Virus record (IMG/VR): IMGVR_UViG_3300036793_000279
Coordinates: 1-36,584 of that record
Source of the DNA: a virus
Taxonomy: Duplodnaviria; Caudoviricetes
Reading direction: 5' to 3' (one strand)
DNA length: 36,584 nt
The notes beneath the pieces were generated by a model. The model had not been told where the DNA came from, searched no databases, and worked only from the letters and a program-made list of their open reading frames with translations. Each line of letters starts with the position of its first letter. Position 1 is the stretch's first letter. The position numbers and the translations under genes were made by a program. Positions 25,659 to 35,533 of this stretch are shown here, piece after piece.

Positions 25659-26189
25659 ATGGCTGAATTAGTAGCTAAACAAGGTAAAAATATTATTTTG
25701 CTTTACCGTTTACTGACGAAGGCAAAAGATGAAGCGGCATGGAAGCTTGCATTTCAAACAGATCACTCAAATGAAAAAACTCGAGATTTCAACACGACAC
25801 CTACAAAAGATGGACCTGTAGGCGCTCTCGCAGAAGTAGAGTATAGCTTGTCTGCGACATCTATTGCTGCAGACGGAGATGCTCATGTTGATGAAATGGA
25901 TGATGCATTTGATAATGGAGATATTGTCGAAGTATGGGAAATTGATAAAGCAGAGAAAGGAACTGGGGATAATTCAGACAAATATAAAGCAAAATACTTA
26001 CGTGCTTATTTGACTAGTTTTTCTTATGAACCTAATTCAGAGGATGCGCTTGAGTTGAGTCTTGAATTTGGAGTTTTTGGTAAACCTCAAAAAGGTTTTG
26101 CCACTCTTACAGATGAACAAGCAGATGTAGTTCAGTATGCATTCAAGGATACTATGAAAGAAGAAGCTGCACCTCAAACATCGAAATAA
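25659..26189 (+). CDS. Major tail protein, TP901-1 family, 176 aa
   Basis: AKQGK.IILLYRLL, KLAFQT, TKDG, VQYAFKDT. Confidence 0.9.
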   Translation: MAELVAKQGKNIILLYRLLTKAKDEAAWKLAFQTDHSNEKTRDFNTTPTKDGPVGALAEVEYSLSATSIAADGDAHVDEMDDAFDNGDIVEVWEIDKAEKGTGDNSDKYKAKYLRAYLTSFSYEPNSEDALELSLEFGVFGKPQKGFATLTDEQADVVQYAFKDTMKEEAAPQTSK

Positions 26190-26196
26190 ACAAGCA

Positions 26197-26224
26197 AATA
26201 GAGCAAATACTGCTCTATTTTTTT
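26197..26224 (+). terminator. Intrinsic terminator after MTP
   Basis: aaatagagca-aatac-tgctctattt + T-run. Confidence 0.75.
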
Positions 26225-26238
26225 ATTAAGGAGAAAAT

Positions 26239-26586
26239 ATGGAATTAACAATTAACGAAAAAATTTATAACTTTGTCTTTGGGTATAGATTCATTAAAGA
26301 GCTGAATAAAAAACATGAAGTTTCAGAGCGGGGCATGACACTCAAAGCTGGTCTGGACAATACTTTAATGAACTTCTTTAGTGGCGATATCGAAACGCTT
26401 GTTGAAATGCTAAAAACTGCTAATGCAACAGAAAATCCAAGAGTTTCCGAAAAAGGACTTATTGAATGGATTGAAGAAAATGGCAGTGAACCACTTTTCG
26501 ATTTAGTACTCGAAGAGCTAAAAAAGTCGGAATTTACCAAGAAAAAAACATTGAATTTCGAGAAGGAAGTCAGCAAAAATCAATAG
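26239..26586 (+). CDS. Tail assembly chaperone (gpG-like), 115 aa
   Basis: Between MTP and TMP; ELKKS with slippery A-AAA-AAG. Confidence 0.85.
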   Translation: MELTINEKIYNFVFGYRFIKELNKKHEVSERGMTLKAGLDNTLMNFFSGDIETLVEMLKTANATENPRVSEKGLIEWIEENGSEPLFDLVLEELKKSEFTKKKTLNFEKEVSKNQ

Positions 26587-26933
26587 TTCCTGATTTCGAA
26601 GAGCTTTTTGAGCAAGTACAAATCAATTGCATGCGGTATCTAGGGATTAATAATTTAAAAGAAATAGATCGTATGACTATTTCAGAATATGAATTGAGAC
26701 TTAAGGTATATCGTTTAAAAAAGTTAGATGAACAAGAGCTTATTCATCAACAAGCATGGGCAAATTGGCAAATTCAAGCAACTAAAACCCAAGGAAAAAA
26801 AGAAGTTCCAGTTTATCGAAAATTTCAAGATTTCTTCCCTAAAGATAAGTTTGAAAATGAAATTTTAGGAGTTAAAACCGAAAGCAAAGTTGATAAGAAT
26901 CTACTTCGCCTGATGAAGAAAGCAAATGAATAG
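26526..26933 (+). CDS. Tail chaperone gpT part, expressed as gpGT by -1 frameshift
   Basis: -1 frame is open from 26520 through the 26631-26933 ORF. Confidence 0.8.
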   Translation, partial: VGIYQEKNIEFREGSQQKSIVPDFEELFEQVQINCMRYLGINNLKEIDRMTISEYELRLKVYRLKKLDEQELIHQQAWANWQIQATKTQGKKEVPVYRKFQDFFPKDKFENEILGVKTESKVDKNLLRLMKKANE

Positions 26934-26946
26934 AAGGGAGGTATAA

Positions 26947-29298
26947 ATGGAATCTTATAGTGTTGAGGCTGTGCTTAGTGCAGTAGATAAAAACTATTCG
27001 AGCACAATGGGAAGAGCTGCAAAGAGTGCAGAGCAAGCCGGTAAAGCCGCATCTGACGCTGGATCAAAATTTGATGGTGCTTTTCAAGATAAAAGCGGCA
27101 GGTGGAGAACTGCTGACGGTCGCTTTATGACCATGAAAGAAAAAAGCGAAATGCTTGGCGCTTCTTTTGACAAAACATCTGATAAGAGTAAAAAGTTGGG
27201 TACTTCCACTGGTGATATTTTAAAAGGTATTGGAGCATTCACTATTTTAAATAAAGCTGTGAACATTGTTACTAATTCACTTGGAGCGGCTATTGGACGG
27301 TTTGATACTTTGAAAACTTATCCAAAAGTCATGGACCAAATGGGATTTTCAACTCAAGATGTGGCTAAGTCTACAGAAACTCTAAAAAAAGGTGTCGATG
27401 GCCTCCCCACTTCATTACAAGAGCTTACTAAAAGTGCCCAACAATTCGCTATATTAGAAAAAAGTGCCAGTGGTGGGGCTGAAACAGCAACTGCTTTAAA
27501 TGATGCTTTCCTAGCTTCTGGAGCCAGTGCAGCTGATGCTTCACGTGGTGTTGAGCAATATAGTCAAATGCTAGCAAGTGGTAAGGTAGACCTCCAAAGT
27601 TGGAAAACTTTACAAGAAACAATGCCGTATGCTTTAACAGAAGTAGCTAAATCTTTTGGGCTTACCGGTAAAAGTGCAGAGCGTGACCTATATGCTAAGT
27701 TACAGAGTGGCGATATAACTATGGAGCAGTTGAACAAACGCTTTGTAGAGCTTGACGGTGGAGCTAAAGGTTTCGCTGAAACAGCTAGAACGGCAACAGG
27801 CGGCATTGGTACTTCGTTTACTAATATGAAAAATGCAGTTGTTAACGGTATAACTGGTGTTCTACAAACAATAGATACTGCTTTACAAAACAACGGATTT
27901 AAAAATGGTATAGCAACCGTATTTGACGGAATGAAGCAATCTATAAATGATACGTTTAAAACCATTAACAGTATTGTTTCAACTGTTATGCCACCTGTAA
28001 TCACGGCTTTTGTCCAACTAGGAAAAATACTAAAACCTTTTACTCCTTTAATCAAAGGACTAGGCGCAGGATTTGCGACTTTAGTAACAGTGGTTGGTAC
28101 AATGTTTATCTTCAGTCAAGTTGCAGGAGCAGTTAAAGCTTTGTTTACCGCTTTAACTGCTAATCCTTATGTTTTAGCAATAGCAGGGATAGTTGCTTTA
28201 GTTATGGCTGTAAAAAATCTATGGGATACAAACGAAGGGTTTAGAAATGCTGTCACTCAAATATGGCAAAGTATATTAGATTTTATACAACCTATAATTG
28301 AAACAATTTCAAGCATTATTCAAACTGTATTTGGCGCATTAGGCGAATGGTGGAACACAAACCAGAATACTATTTTGAGTATTGTCCAAACAGTATGGGG
28401 AGTTATACAAGCAACGTTTGAAGCGGTCGTAATGGTTATCCAGTTACTTGTAACAACTTTCTTAGCGCAGATGCAATCAGCGTGGGCGGTATGGAGTAAT
28501 GTTGTATCCGCTATTGTTCAAGTCGCATGGGCTTTAATATCTAATATTTTCGGTGGGACACTTAAAAATATTCTTTCCGTAGTTACTACAGTTATAAACC
28601 AAATAAAATTGGTTTTTGATACTGTTATGAAAGTAATTCAGAACTTGATTAAAATTGTATTATCCGCAATAAAAGGAGATTGGAGCGGAGTATTAGATGG
28701 CATAAAAGGCATTGTAGGAGCATTTGGCGATTATATAACTGGTACATTTGATAACGTAATGGGATTGGCTAAAGACTTAATCCAAAATGGTATTGATACC
28801 ATTAAGGGAATATTCGAGAGCTTATCAAATATCAATCTTCTCGATATTGGTAAAGCCATCATTGATGGTTTTGTTAAAGGTTTGAAGTCAGCTTGGGAAG
28901 CTGGTATGGAATTTATTAGCGGCATTGGGGATTGGATCCGTGAACATAAAGGACCGATTCGAGTCGATAGGAAACTTCTTATCCCAGCAGGTAATGCAAT
29001 TATGGGCGGTCTTAATAAAGGTCTCAATAATAGCTTTAAGACAGTTCAAAATAGCGTGCTTGGTATGAATGATTTCTTGGCCAATGCAATAAATGCTGGT
29101 GGTTCTGTAAATATCGGTGCAAACATTCGCAATGCTAACAATTCAATAGGGGGCACAATTGCTCATGAAGTGAATTTAAACAAAGGTAAGCAGCCTGCGC
29201 AAATTAATATAAGACTTGGTAAACAACAGTTCAAAGCTTTTGTGGAGGATATTTCACAAGCGCAAGGCTGGGAAACGGCTACAAATAATCTATACTAG
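26947..29298 (+). CDS. Tape measure protein, 783 aa
   Basis: MESYSVEAVLSA start, tape-measure domain, hydrophobic segment, Trp/Phe-spaced repeats, HKGPI..DRKLL. Confidence 0.93.
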   Translation: MESYSVEAVLSAVDKNYSSTMGRAAKSAEQAGKAASDAGSKFDGAFQDKSGRWRTADGRFMTMKEKSEMLGASFDKTSDKSKKLGTSTGDILKGIGAFTILNKAVNIVTNSLGAAIGRFDTLKTYPKVMDQMGFSTQDVAKSTETLKKGVDGLPTSLQELTKSAQQFAILEKSASGGAETATALNDAFLASGASAADASRGVEQYSQMLASGKVDLQSWKTLQETMPYALTEVAKSFGLTGKSAERDLYAKLQSGDITMEQLNKRFVELDGGAKGFAETARTATGGIGTSFTNMKNAVVNGITGVLQTIDTALQNNGFKNGIATVFDGMKQSINDTFKTINSIVSTVMPPVITAFVQLGKILKPFTPLIKGLGAGFATLVTVVGTMFIFSQVAGAVKALFTALTANPYVLAIAGIVALVMAVKNLWDTNEGFRNAVTQIWQSILDFIQPIIETISSIIQTVFGALGEWWNTNQNTILSIVQTVWGVIQATFEAVVMVIQLLVTTFLAQMQSAWAVWSNVVSAIVQVAWALISNIFGGTLKNILSVVTTVINQIKLVFDTVMKVIQNLIKIVLSAIKGDWSGVLDGIKGIVGAFGDYITGTFDNVMGLAKDLIQNGIDTIKGIFESLSNINLLDIGKAIIDGFVKGLKSAWEAGMEFISGIGDWIREHKGPIRVDRKLLIPAGNAIMGGLNKGLNNSFKTVQNSVLGMNDFLANAINAGGSVNIGANIRNANNSIGGTIAHEVNLNKGKQPAQINIRLGKQQFKAFVEDISQAQGWETATNNLY

Positions 29299-29307
29299 GA
29301 GGAAAAA

Positions 29308-30069
29308 TTGTATAAATTTAGGGATACAACCAAAAGGAAACATCAATCTGAACATATCTTTATTCCAACTAGTGCCATGATTTATAAAGGTACCTTTATA
29401 GAACGTCTTATTGAAGGTTATCAGACACTTTCAGTTGAAGGCAGAGAAATGTACTCCTTAAATCATGAAATGCAAGAACTACAGTATGGAGGAATTATCA
29501 CAAACACAAAACTTCCAGCACGTGTTCTGACCATCAAATATAAACTAGAGGACAAAGACTCGGAAAGCTTACAAAATAAGTTTGATGAGTTGATGGCCTT
29601 TTTGTTTTCTGAAGAAGATGTGCTGATACAGTTCAATGATGATTTAGAGTATTTCTTCAAAGGACGTTACCAAGCTGCAGAACCAGTACCAGGCGATACA
29701 AATTCAATTATTTCTACTTTTACAATAATCTGTGGTGATCCATATAAGTATGGCAAGGAACAAGTTTCTACAGGAAAAATTCTTGGGAATCTTCCTTATC
29801 CCGTAAAGCCTGAGAGCATGAAAGTCATCATGAACACAGGTTTTCTGGATATTACAGACGGGAAGTATCATTTGAAAGTTTCTAATATTAAAAAAGGAGA
29901 TGTTCTCTTCTTTGATTTCAGAACAGGAGATATTTGGGTTAATGAAAAGTTAGCTCCTGATGTTTTAAACCTAGATTCTGACTTCAAAAATATTCGTTTG
30001 AGAACAGGTTCAAACTTTTCAGATGGAAATTATGACATAGAAATAAAGTATAGAAAGGCGGTGCTGTAG
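29308..30069 (+). CDS. dit: Distal tail protein, 253 aa
   Basis: MYKFRDTT, GYQTLSVEGRE, C.DPYKY; follows TMP. Confidence 0.87.
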   Translation: MYKFRDTTKRKHQSEHIFIPTSAMIYKGTFIERLIEGYQTLSVEGREMYSLNHEMQELQYGGIITNTKLPARVLTIKYKLEDKDSESLQNKFDELMAFLFSEEDVLIQFNDDLEYFFKGRYQAAEPVPGDTNSIISTFTIICGDPYKYGKEQVSTGKILGNLPYPVKPESMKVIMNTGFLDITDGKYHLKVSNIKKGDVLFFDFRTGDIWVNEKLAPDVLNLDSDFKNIRLRTGSNFSDGNYDIEIKYRKAVL

Positions 30070-32903
30070 TGGCAAACGTTCTTTTTTTGGATAAATTTCA
30101 AAAAGTAATGAAGAGTTTTGACTCTGCTGAGCTTACGGAATGTATTCAAACAAGGGAAATTACAACAAATGCTTCTGAGTTAATGAACGATAGTCTTTCT
30201 CTATCTTTAGCTTATGAAGCGTTATTAGAAGAAGCAAGTTATATTGCTTTGAATGACTCAGGAGAAAAGCAATTCACGCTTTATCGTATTTTGAAAAGTA
30301 GTGATGAAGAAAATATTTTGAGCTTTGAAAATATCAATTTTGCGGTTGATGAATTAGATAACTTTATTATTAAGGATGTCCGTCCAAATAATAAAGCACT
30401 GTCTCAAGTTATTAATCAGCTTCTTAATGATTCTGGCTGTGACTGGAAACTTGGTGTGTGTGAAGTAAATAAAAATATTACAAGTAATTTTTATTATTCT
30501 TCAATGCGTGAAGCCCTAAAAGCGCTCCAAGAATTTGGCTGTGAATTTACTTTTGCAGTAGAAATAACAGGAAATACGATTACAAGGAAAGTTATCAATT
30601 GTTATAACAAAATTGGTAAAGTCACAAACAAACGTTTTGAGTATGGCGAAGATGTTTTAAAAATTGTCCGTGAAAAAGACAGAACAAATATTGTGACTGC
30701 CATCATTGGACGTGGGAAAGGCGAAGAAGTAGGGGATGGTTATGGCCGAAGATTAGAGTTTACAAATGTCGAGTGGAAGAAATCAAACGGCAAACCACTT
30801 GATAAACCAAAAGGGCAAAACTATCTGGAATATCCTGCAATGACTGCAGAGTATGGTATTCCTTCAAATGGGAAAATGTTACCACGAAAAACCGTGGTTG
30901 TTTTTGAAGATATTGAAGATGCGAATGAGCTGTTACAAAAGACATACGAAACTCTTGAATACTATAGCCGTCCTTTGGTCCAGTTTAGTACAGAAGTTTT
31001 AGGCGCAGATGCTATTGGTAATACTGTGACGATTCACAGAGGAGACCGAGGGTATCATTATCAGACCAGAGTATTTAAAGTTGTCACGAATTATGTGACT
31101 GGCCAAGTACAAGCAGGACTTGGAGATAACTTGAGTGGAACTTCTATAAATAGGCAAGTTTCAAATGTGCAGAATAATATCTCTGATTTAAACCAAAATA
31201 AAATGGGCTTCTATGAGTCCACTGAAATCGGGAAGTACCAAGACGATATTATGCGAGGAGCTGGTAAGAATGGTGGCTCTGTTCGTTGGGTAAATGGTAT
31301 TGAGGCTGGAGTAAGCAACTCTCGTGAAATTTATGAAGCTATTTTTATGGATGGGAAAAATATTGAGAATTCAAAAGATTTTCTTGTCCAAAATAATGCT
31401 GGGATTGTATTTAAACATTGTAAAAAAGGACAATGGAAAACGGTTCAAGACGTTCACAATGGAGCAGGTAAGACAGCGTGGACCATGGATGGTGTATTTA
31501 ATGCAGACTTTATCAAAGCAGGTACGTTAGAGGGTGTCAAATTAAGATCTGTAAATAACAAATTTATCGTTGAAATATCTGACGGAAAGGTCAGATTCCT
31601 TAAAAACTTGGGGAATGGAAAAGAAGAAGAAATGATTGCCTTTGCCCCGGTTTTCAATGTGGATACGAATGAGCTTAAAGGTGTGAGTTTAATTCAGAAT
31701 CCAGGTTTTAAATTCTCTATCGCTTCAAATACTTCAAGTGGCATTTCTTATGATGTTTTGAGAGTTCCAGAAGACAGTATTGGAAAGGACCGCAAATTAG
31801 ATTTATTTGGAGATATTAATATCACGGGTAGATTATTACTTAATGGCCAAGAAGTTGTCGCAGGCGGGGGCTCTGGTGGTGGAGAAGGAGAGTTTCCGCC
31901 AGAAATAGTTACAGATCAAGAAAAGAATGCTTGGATTGTTTGGCAGTTCTTGAAATCAAAAGGCTATACCGAACAAGCTGCTGCAGGTATTCTTGGGAAT
32001 ATGGACCAAGAATCTGGTGTGATGCCAGATACCGAACAAATAGGCGGCCCTGCTTATGGTTTGGTGCAGTGGGATGGCTCCGCTTATCCTCTGGTTCCAC
32101 CTGCAACATGGAATGGACGTGAATATGTCCAAAACTTGATGCGTGCCGCAGGAATTTCTGGAGACTACAAAATTGCGAAAACACAATCACAGCTCTTAGA
32201 GTGGTGTATGTTTAATGGGCAATATATCCCAACAAGTAGCTATCCTTATTCTGTTGCTCAGTTTAAAGGATTAACTAATATTTCCACAGCCACAACAGCT
32301 TTTGAAGCGAACTTTGAACGTCCGGCAGCGACTCATCCAGAACGTGTTCAGCTTGCGATTAAATGGTATAACAAACTTCACGGTTTGAAACCACCAACAC
32401 CGAGCGGAAATTTGAAAGAACAACTGGATAAATTCTACAACACCTATAAAGAACGTTACGTTCAGAATGGGCAGTGCGTAGGATTGACAACGGCATGGAT
32501 GGCTACACTTACCGCAAATAAATACGGTATGACACCGTGGAATTCTCAAGCTTATAATCCAGATGGTTCTCCAACTTCTGAAAATCCACGCTGGAATTAT
32601 GAAATTAATATCGGAGACGGAATTTCGGCTGCGACAATTGGCACATTTGCACCGCCTCCAGGCTGGACAAAAATTATCCCTCATAGTGCAGAAGATTGCA
32701 AAGCGGGGGATATTTTCTATGTCGGAACAGACAGTGGAATATCTACAGGACATACGGGAATCGTCTTTGAAGATGGGAAAAATGGAAGAGTTCCAACACT
32801 TGACCAGAACTTTCTTAATTCTCCTGTCAGATGGTTTGATGGTGGTCCAAGTAGTTCATGGGGGCTTTATAACTGGTTCTGTATTTGGAGAAAGAACACA
32901 TAA
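30069..32903 (+). CDS. tal: Tail-associated lysin (structural N-terminus, tail lysozyme-like domain, CHAP domain), 944 aa
   Basis: GRGKGEEVGDGYGRR; GGGSGGG linker; AAAGILGNM.QES...GLVQW; GQCV...GHTGIV...DQN. Confidence 0.85.
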   Translation: MANVLFLDKFQKVMKSFDSAELTECIQTREITTNASELMNDSLSLSLAYEALLEEASYIALNDSGEKQFTLYRILKSSDEENILSFENINFAVDELDNFIIKDVRPNNKALSQVINQLLNDSGCDWKLGVCEVNKNITSNFYYSSMREALKALQEFGCEFTFAVEITGNTITRKVINCYNKIGKVTNKRFEYGEDVLKIVREKDRTNIVTAIIGRGKGEEVGDGYGRRLEFTNVEWKKSNGKPLDKPKGQNYLEYPAMTAEYGIPSNGKMLPRKTVVVFEDIEDANELLQKTYETLEYYSRPLVQFSTEVLGADAIGNTVTIHRGDRGYHYQTRVFKVVTNYVTGQVQAGLGDNLSGTSINRQVSNVQNNISDLNQNKMGFYESTEIGKYQDDIMRGAGKNGGSVRWVNGIEAGVSNSREIYEAIFMDGKNIENSKDFLVQNNAGIVFKHCKKGQWKTVQDVHNGAGKTAWTMDGVFNADFIKAGTLEGVKLRSVNNKFIVEISDGKVRFLKNLGNGKEEEMIAFAPVFNVDTNELKGVSLIQNPGFKFSIASNTSSGISYDVLRVPEDSIGKDRKLDLFGDINITGRLLLNGQEVVAGGGSGGGEGEFPPEIVTDQEKNAWIVWQFLKSKGYTEQAAAGILGNMDQESGVMPDTEQIGGPAYGLVQWDGSAYPLVPPATWNGREYVQNLMRAAGISGDYKIAKTQSQLLEWCMFNGQYIPTSSYPYSVAQFKGLTNISTATTAFEANFERPAATHPERVQLAIKWYNKLHGLKPPTPSGNLKEQLDKFYNTYKERYVQNGQCVGLTTAWMATLTANKYGMTPWNSQAYNPDGSPTSENPRWNYEINIGDGISAATIGTFAPPPGWTKIIPHSAEDCKAGDIFYVGTDSGISTGHTGIVFEDGKNGRVPTLDQNFLNSPVRWFDGGPSSSWGLYNWFCIWRKNT

Positions 32904-32918
32904 GGAAAGGAGAAACAA

Positions 32919-33863
32919 TTGAAAAAATGGAATGTCACACTTTCCACAACGGAGCCTGATAACTATGTAGGGATCATCAATGTCCGTCAAGGAAATGTCA
33001 ACAGTGAAGTGATGGAAGCACAAGTTGTGCAAAATGGTTTGCCATTGGATCTTACAGACTGTACAGCAACTTTCCAAGCATTTCTAGGTGGAGAACATGT
33101 TGTGGAACGTGCTTGTAAAATTATTGATTACAAGAAAGGAATTGTGCAATATACCTTTGATGAATATACTATGCAATCTCTACATAGACAGAAAGCCAAT
33201 ATTGCTTTCTACAAAGGGGAGGAAGAGATTGCGACCACTCAAGATTTAACTTATTTTGTCATTCATGCTGTATCCAAAACTCCGGGGGAGATGGGGTCTT
33301 ATTGGCAAACTGCAGAGGACTTGATTAATGACATGAAAGACTACCTCAATGCAGGAAAAGGAGACTTTGAGGATTGGTTTAATTCAATAAAAGATATTTT
33401 GGAATCTATTGATCCAGGCGGTAAATTACTTTCTGAGGTTTTGGATCTCAAAAAGATTGTTTATCGTAAGGTACCGAGTGGTTTTAATGTTGTTATTGAG
33501 CATGATTCAGAATATCAACCTGATGTAAAAGTCACCTATTATAAAAATTCAATTGGCACTGAAGAAGAAGGACTTGATACAGGTCCTTCTTTTGGTGGGG
33601 AGCGGATTTATAATATTGCGACATCCTTGAGTTATCTGCGAAAGAAAGTGAACGTTGAAATGCCTCAGTCATGGGCAATGGATGGAGAGGTAGTTATTCA
33701 TGAAAACAATCTCTTGTTTATCAAGGGAGCAGAAGTGTTAAGTCTCACAATTGATGGAGCGAATGTCACAAATGGGTACGTTGAGAAAGTTAAAACTCCA
33801 TCTTATTTGGTTGTGTCAGATATATCTGGAAATAGTGCGAAAGTATCATGGGAAAATGGGTGA
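32919..33863 (+). CDS. bppU: Upper baseplate protein, 314 aa
   Basis: TLSTTEPDNYVGI..VRQ; DPGGKLLSE; follows Tal. Confidence 0.82.
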   Translation: MKKWNVTLSTTEPDNYVGIINVRQGNVNSEVMEAQVVQNGLPLDLTDCTATFQAFLGGEHVVERACKIIDYKKGIVQYTFDEYTMQSLHRQKANIAFYKGEEEIATTQDLTYFVIHAVSKTPGEMGSYWQTAEDLINDMKDYLNAGKGDFEDWFNSIKDILESIDPGGKLLSEVLDLKKIVYRKVPSGFNVVIEHDSEYQPDVKVTYYKNSIGTEEEGLDTGPSFGGERIYNIATSLSYLRKKVNVEMPQSWAMDGEVVIHENNLLFIKGAEVLSLTIDGANVTNGYVEKVKTPSYLVVSDISGNSAKVSWENG

Positions 33864-33866
33864 TTT

Positions 33867-34742
33867 ATGGCTACAAATTATAATCACATTGCTTATTCAA
33901 AAAGTGCGGATGGGAGAGAAGGGTTTACAACTCTTTATCCGAACTTAAACCTTGAAAAACACTCTGCTCAACTTATTGGAGAAGATAACAAACTTATCTG
34001 GGGTTCATTTGGTGCCAATACTAAAACGATAGCCTATGAAGAGGTAACAATATCAGATGCACCCAATTTAAAAGCGGGGGTACACTTTACACAAGTGACT
34101 ACTGGTCAATCTGGCTGGCGAGGACCTAATGGAGCAGGGGGAGGATCAATACCAGTTGTTTCTGGAGAAAAATATACACTATCTGCTTATATAAAAAATA
34201 ATTCCTCTACTCCTTTAGAAGTGAATTTAACTTTGGGAACTTCAGCTTCTGAAGATCAATCCAGTCCTTCAACTCCGGCTAATTACATTACTATTCCAGC
34301 AAATACTGATTACACTTTGTATTCAGTGACTTTAACAATTGCATCGGGGAGAAATTGGGCTTGGTCTTACTGTTATACGAGACCAGGCACCACCAGTGCA
34401 GATTGGTCAATGACTGGATATAAAGTTGAAAAAGGAACAACGGCAACGCCTTGGATGCCACACGAAAGTGAGGTTACCTCACAGGATTATCCAACATATA
34501 TTGGAACTTACACGGATGAAAATGAAAATTCGAGTACAAATCCTGCGGACTATACGTGGGAGATGATGAACTATCGTATTTATCTTGACGGTATTGCGAT
34601 TGCTGGAAGTAAATTACTTTCTACAAGAGTTGAGAATTTAAAACCAGATACAAGTTACACTATTCAAGTGAAACAAGTTAGCGGAGAAGAAGAGAGTGAT
34701 TTTTCAGACAGTGTCACTTTCAAAACGAATGTACAAAAATAA
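33867..34742 (+). CDS. bppA: Accessory baseplate protein with CBM-like and FN3-like parts, 291 aa
   Basis: HIAYS.SADG.EGF.T.YPNLNL, KVEKGTTATPWMP, YIGTYTD...Y.W, LKPDTSYTIQV. Confidence 0.72.
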   Translation: MATNYNHIAYSKSADGREGFTTLYPNLNLEKHSAQLIGEDNKLIWGSFGANTKTIAYEEVTISDAPNLKAGVHFTQVTTGQSGWRGPNGAGGGSIPVVSGEKYTLSAYIKNNSSTPLEVNLTLGTSASEDQSSPSTPANYITIPANTDYTLYSVTLTIASGRNWAWSYCYTRPGTTSADWSMTGYKVEKGTTATPWMPHESEVTSQDYPTYIGTYTDENENSSTNPADYTWEMMNYRIYLDGIAIAGSKLLSTRVENLKPDTSYTIQVKQVSGEEESDFSDSVTFKTNVQK

Positions 34743-34753
34743 AAGGAGTAAAA

Positions 34754-35155
34754 ATGGCAAAACTAAAAAAAATATATCGAGGGATGCAAAATGGTGCAGA
34801 GACGATCAATGAAAATTTTGAAGCTTTGACAAGTGATACAGGATGGAAAGATGTTGAGATGATGAATAATTTTAAATCAGGAACCTTCCCAGCGCAATAT
34901 CGTGTTTTAAATGGTTGCCTTTACTTAAGGGGACGTATAATTACAGTCACTACTGCTTCAGGAACAGGCGTTCAGTTTGGAAAAATTCCAGTCTCTATTA
35001 GTCAACAACATGAATGGTTTGGAGGAATAATCAGCTCAACTACTATGGTTCGTATGAGTCTTTCCACTAATGGTGCTCTCACTCTAACACCTGTAGGAGA
35101 TATGGGGAATGGCTATCAAGTGTCAGGCTTTGATACTAATTTTCTAGTAGATTAG
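34754..35155 (+). CDS. Receptor-binding / lower baseplate protein, 133 aa
   Basis: BppL-type N-terminus KKIYRGMQNGAETIN; head begins SDTGW. Confidence 0.78.
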   Translation: MAKLKKIYRGMQNGAETINENFEALTSDTGWKDVEMMNNFKSGTFPAQYRVLNGCLYLRGRIITVTTASGTGVQFGKIPVSISQQHEWFGGIISSTTMVRMSLSTNGALTLTPVGDMGNGYQVSGFDTNFLVD

Positions 35156-35167
35156 AAAGGGAAAAAA

Positions 35168-35533
35168 TTGGAGTATAAATTACTGGGGATATCCGTACTC
35201 ATCTTAGTTATATTATTATTAACATGGTTTAAAGATGGGGAGAAGATGGACCCACCATTGAAAAAAAGATTTGTCATTGACTTGACAACAATTGCTATAT
35301 TTTGGGGAGTGTTTGAGTTTGTCAATCACTTGAAGCCAAATATCTATGTGAATGAAGTAGAGATTCTAATTAATGGGTCACTGCTTTTTTTCTTTGCGCG
35401 GATGATTCAGTTGATCTGTCAAATTAATCCATTATTTCAAGAACTCTTTGACTACTTAAAAAAGTCTAAAGGGGTAAAGATTGAAAACATTGATGAAAAG
35501 AAAATAGGAGATGAAAATGAAAAAAATTATTAA
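35168..35533 (+). CDS. Putative holin (about 3 TM), 121 aa
   Basis: Hydrophobic helices, charged C-terminus, directly before the lysin. Confidence 0.7.
   Translation: MEYKLLGISVLILVILLLTWFKDGEKMDPPLKKRFVIDLTTIAIFWGVFEFVNHLKPNIYVNEVEILINGSLLFFFARMIQLICQINPLFQELFDYLKKSKGVKIENIDEKKIGDENEKNY

Noticed and set aside
4930-26214. Identical 13-mer agcaaatactgct at 4930 and 26202
   Set aside because: Several chance 13-mer matches are expected in 36 kb of AT-rich DNA; contexts differ
21072-32922. Long alternative-frame or antisense ORFs in structural genes (21072-21614, 24008-24343, 27564-28055, 32271-32753, 32563-32922)
   Set aside because: Overlap well-supported structural genes, lack RBS, composition mirrors the sense codons
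33867-35155. Diversity-generating retroelement or invertible tail-fibre system
   Set aside because: No reverse transcriptase, invertase, template/variable repeat pair or inverted cassette seen
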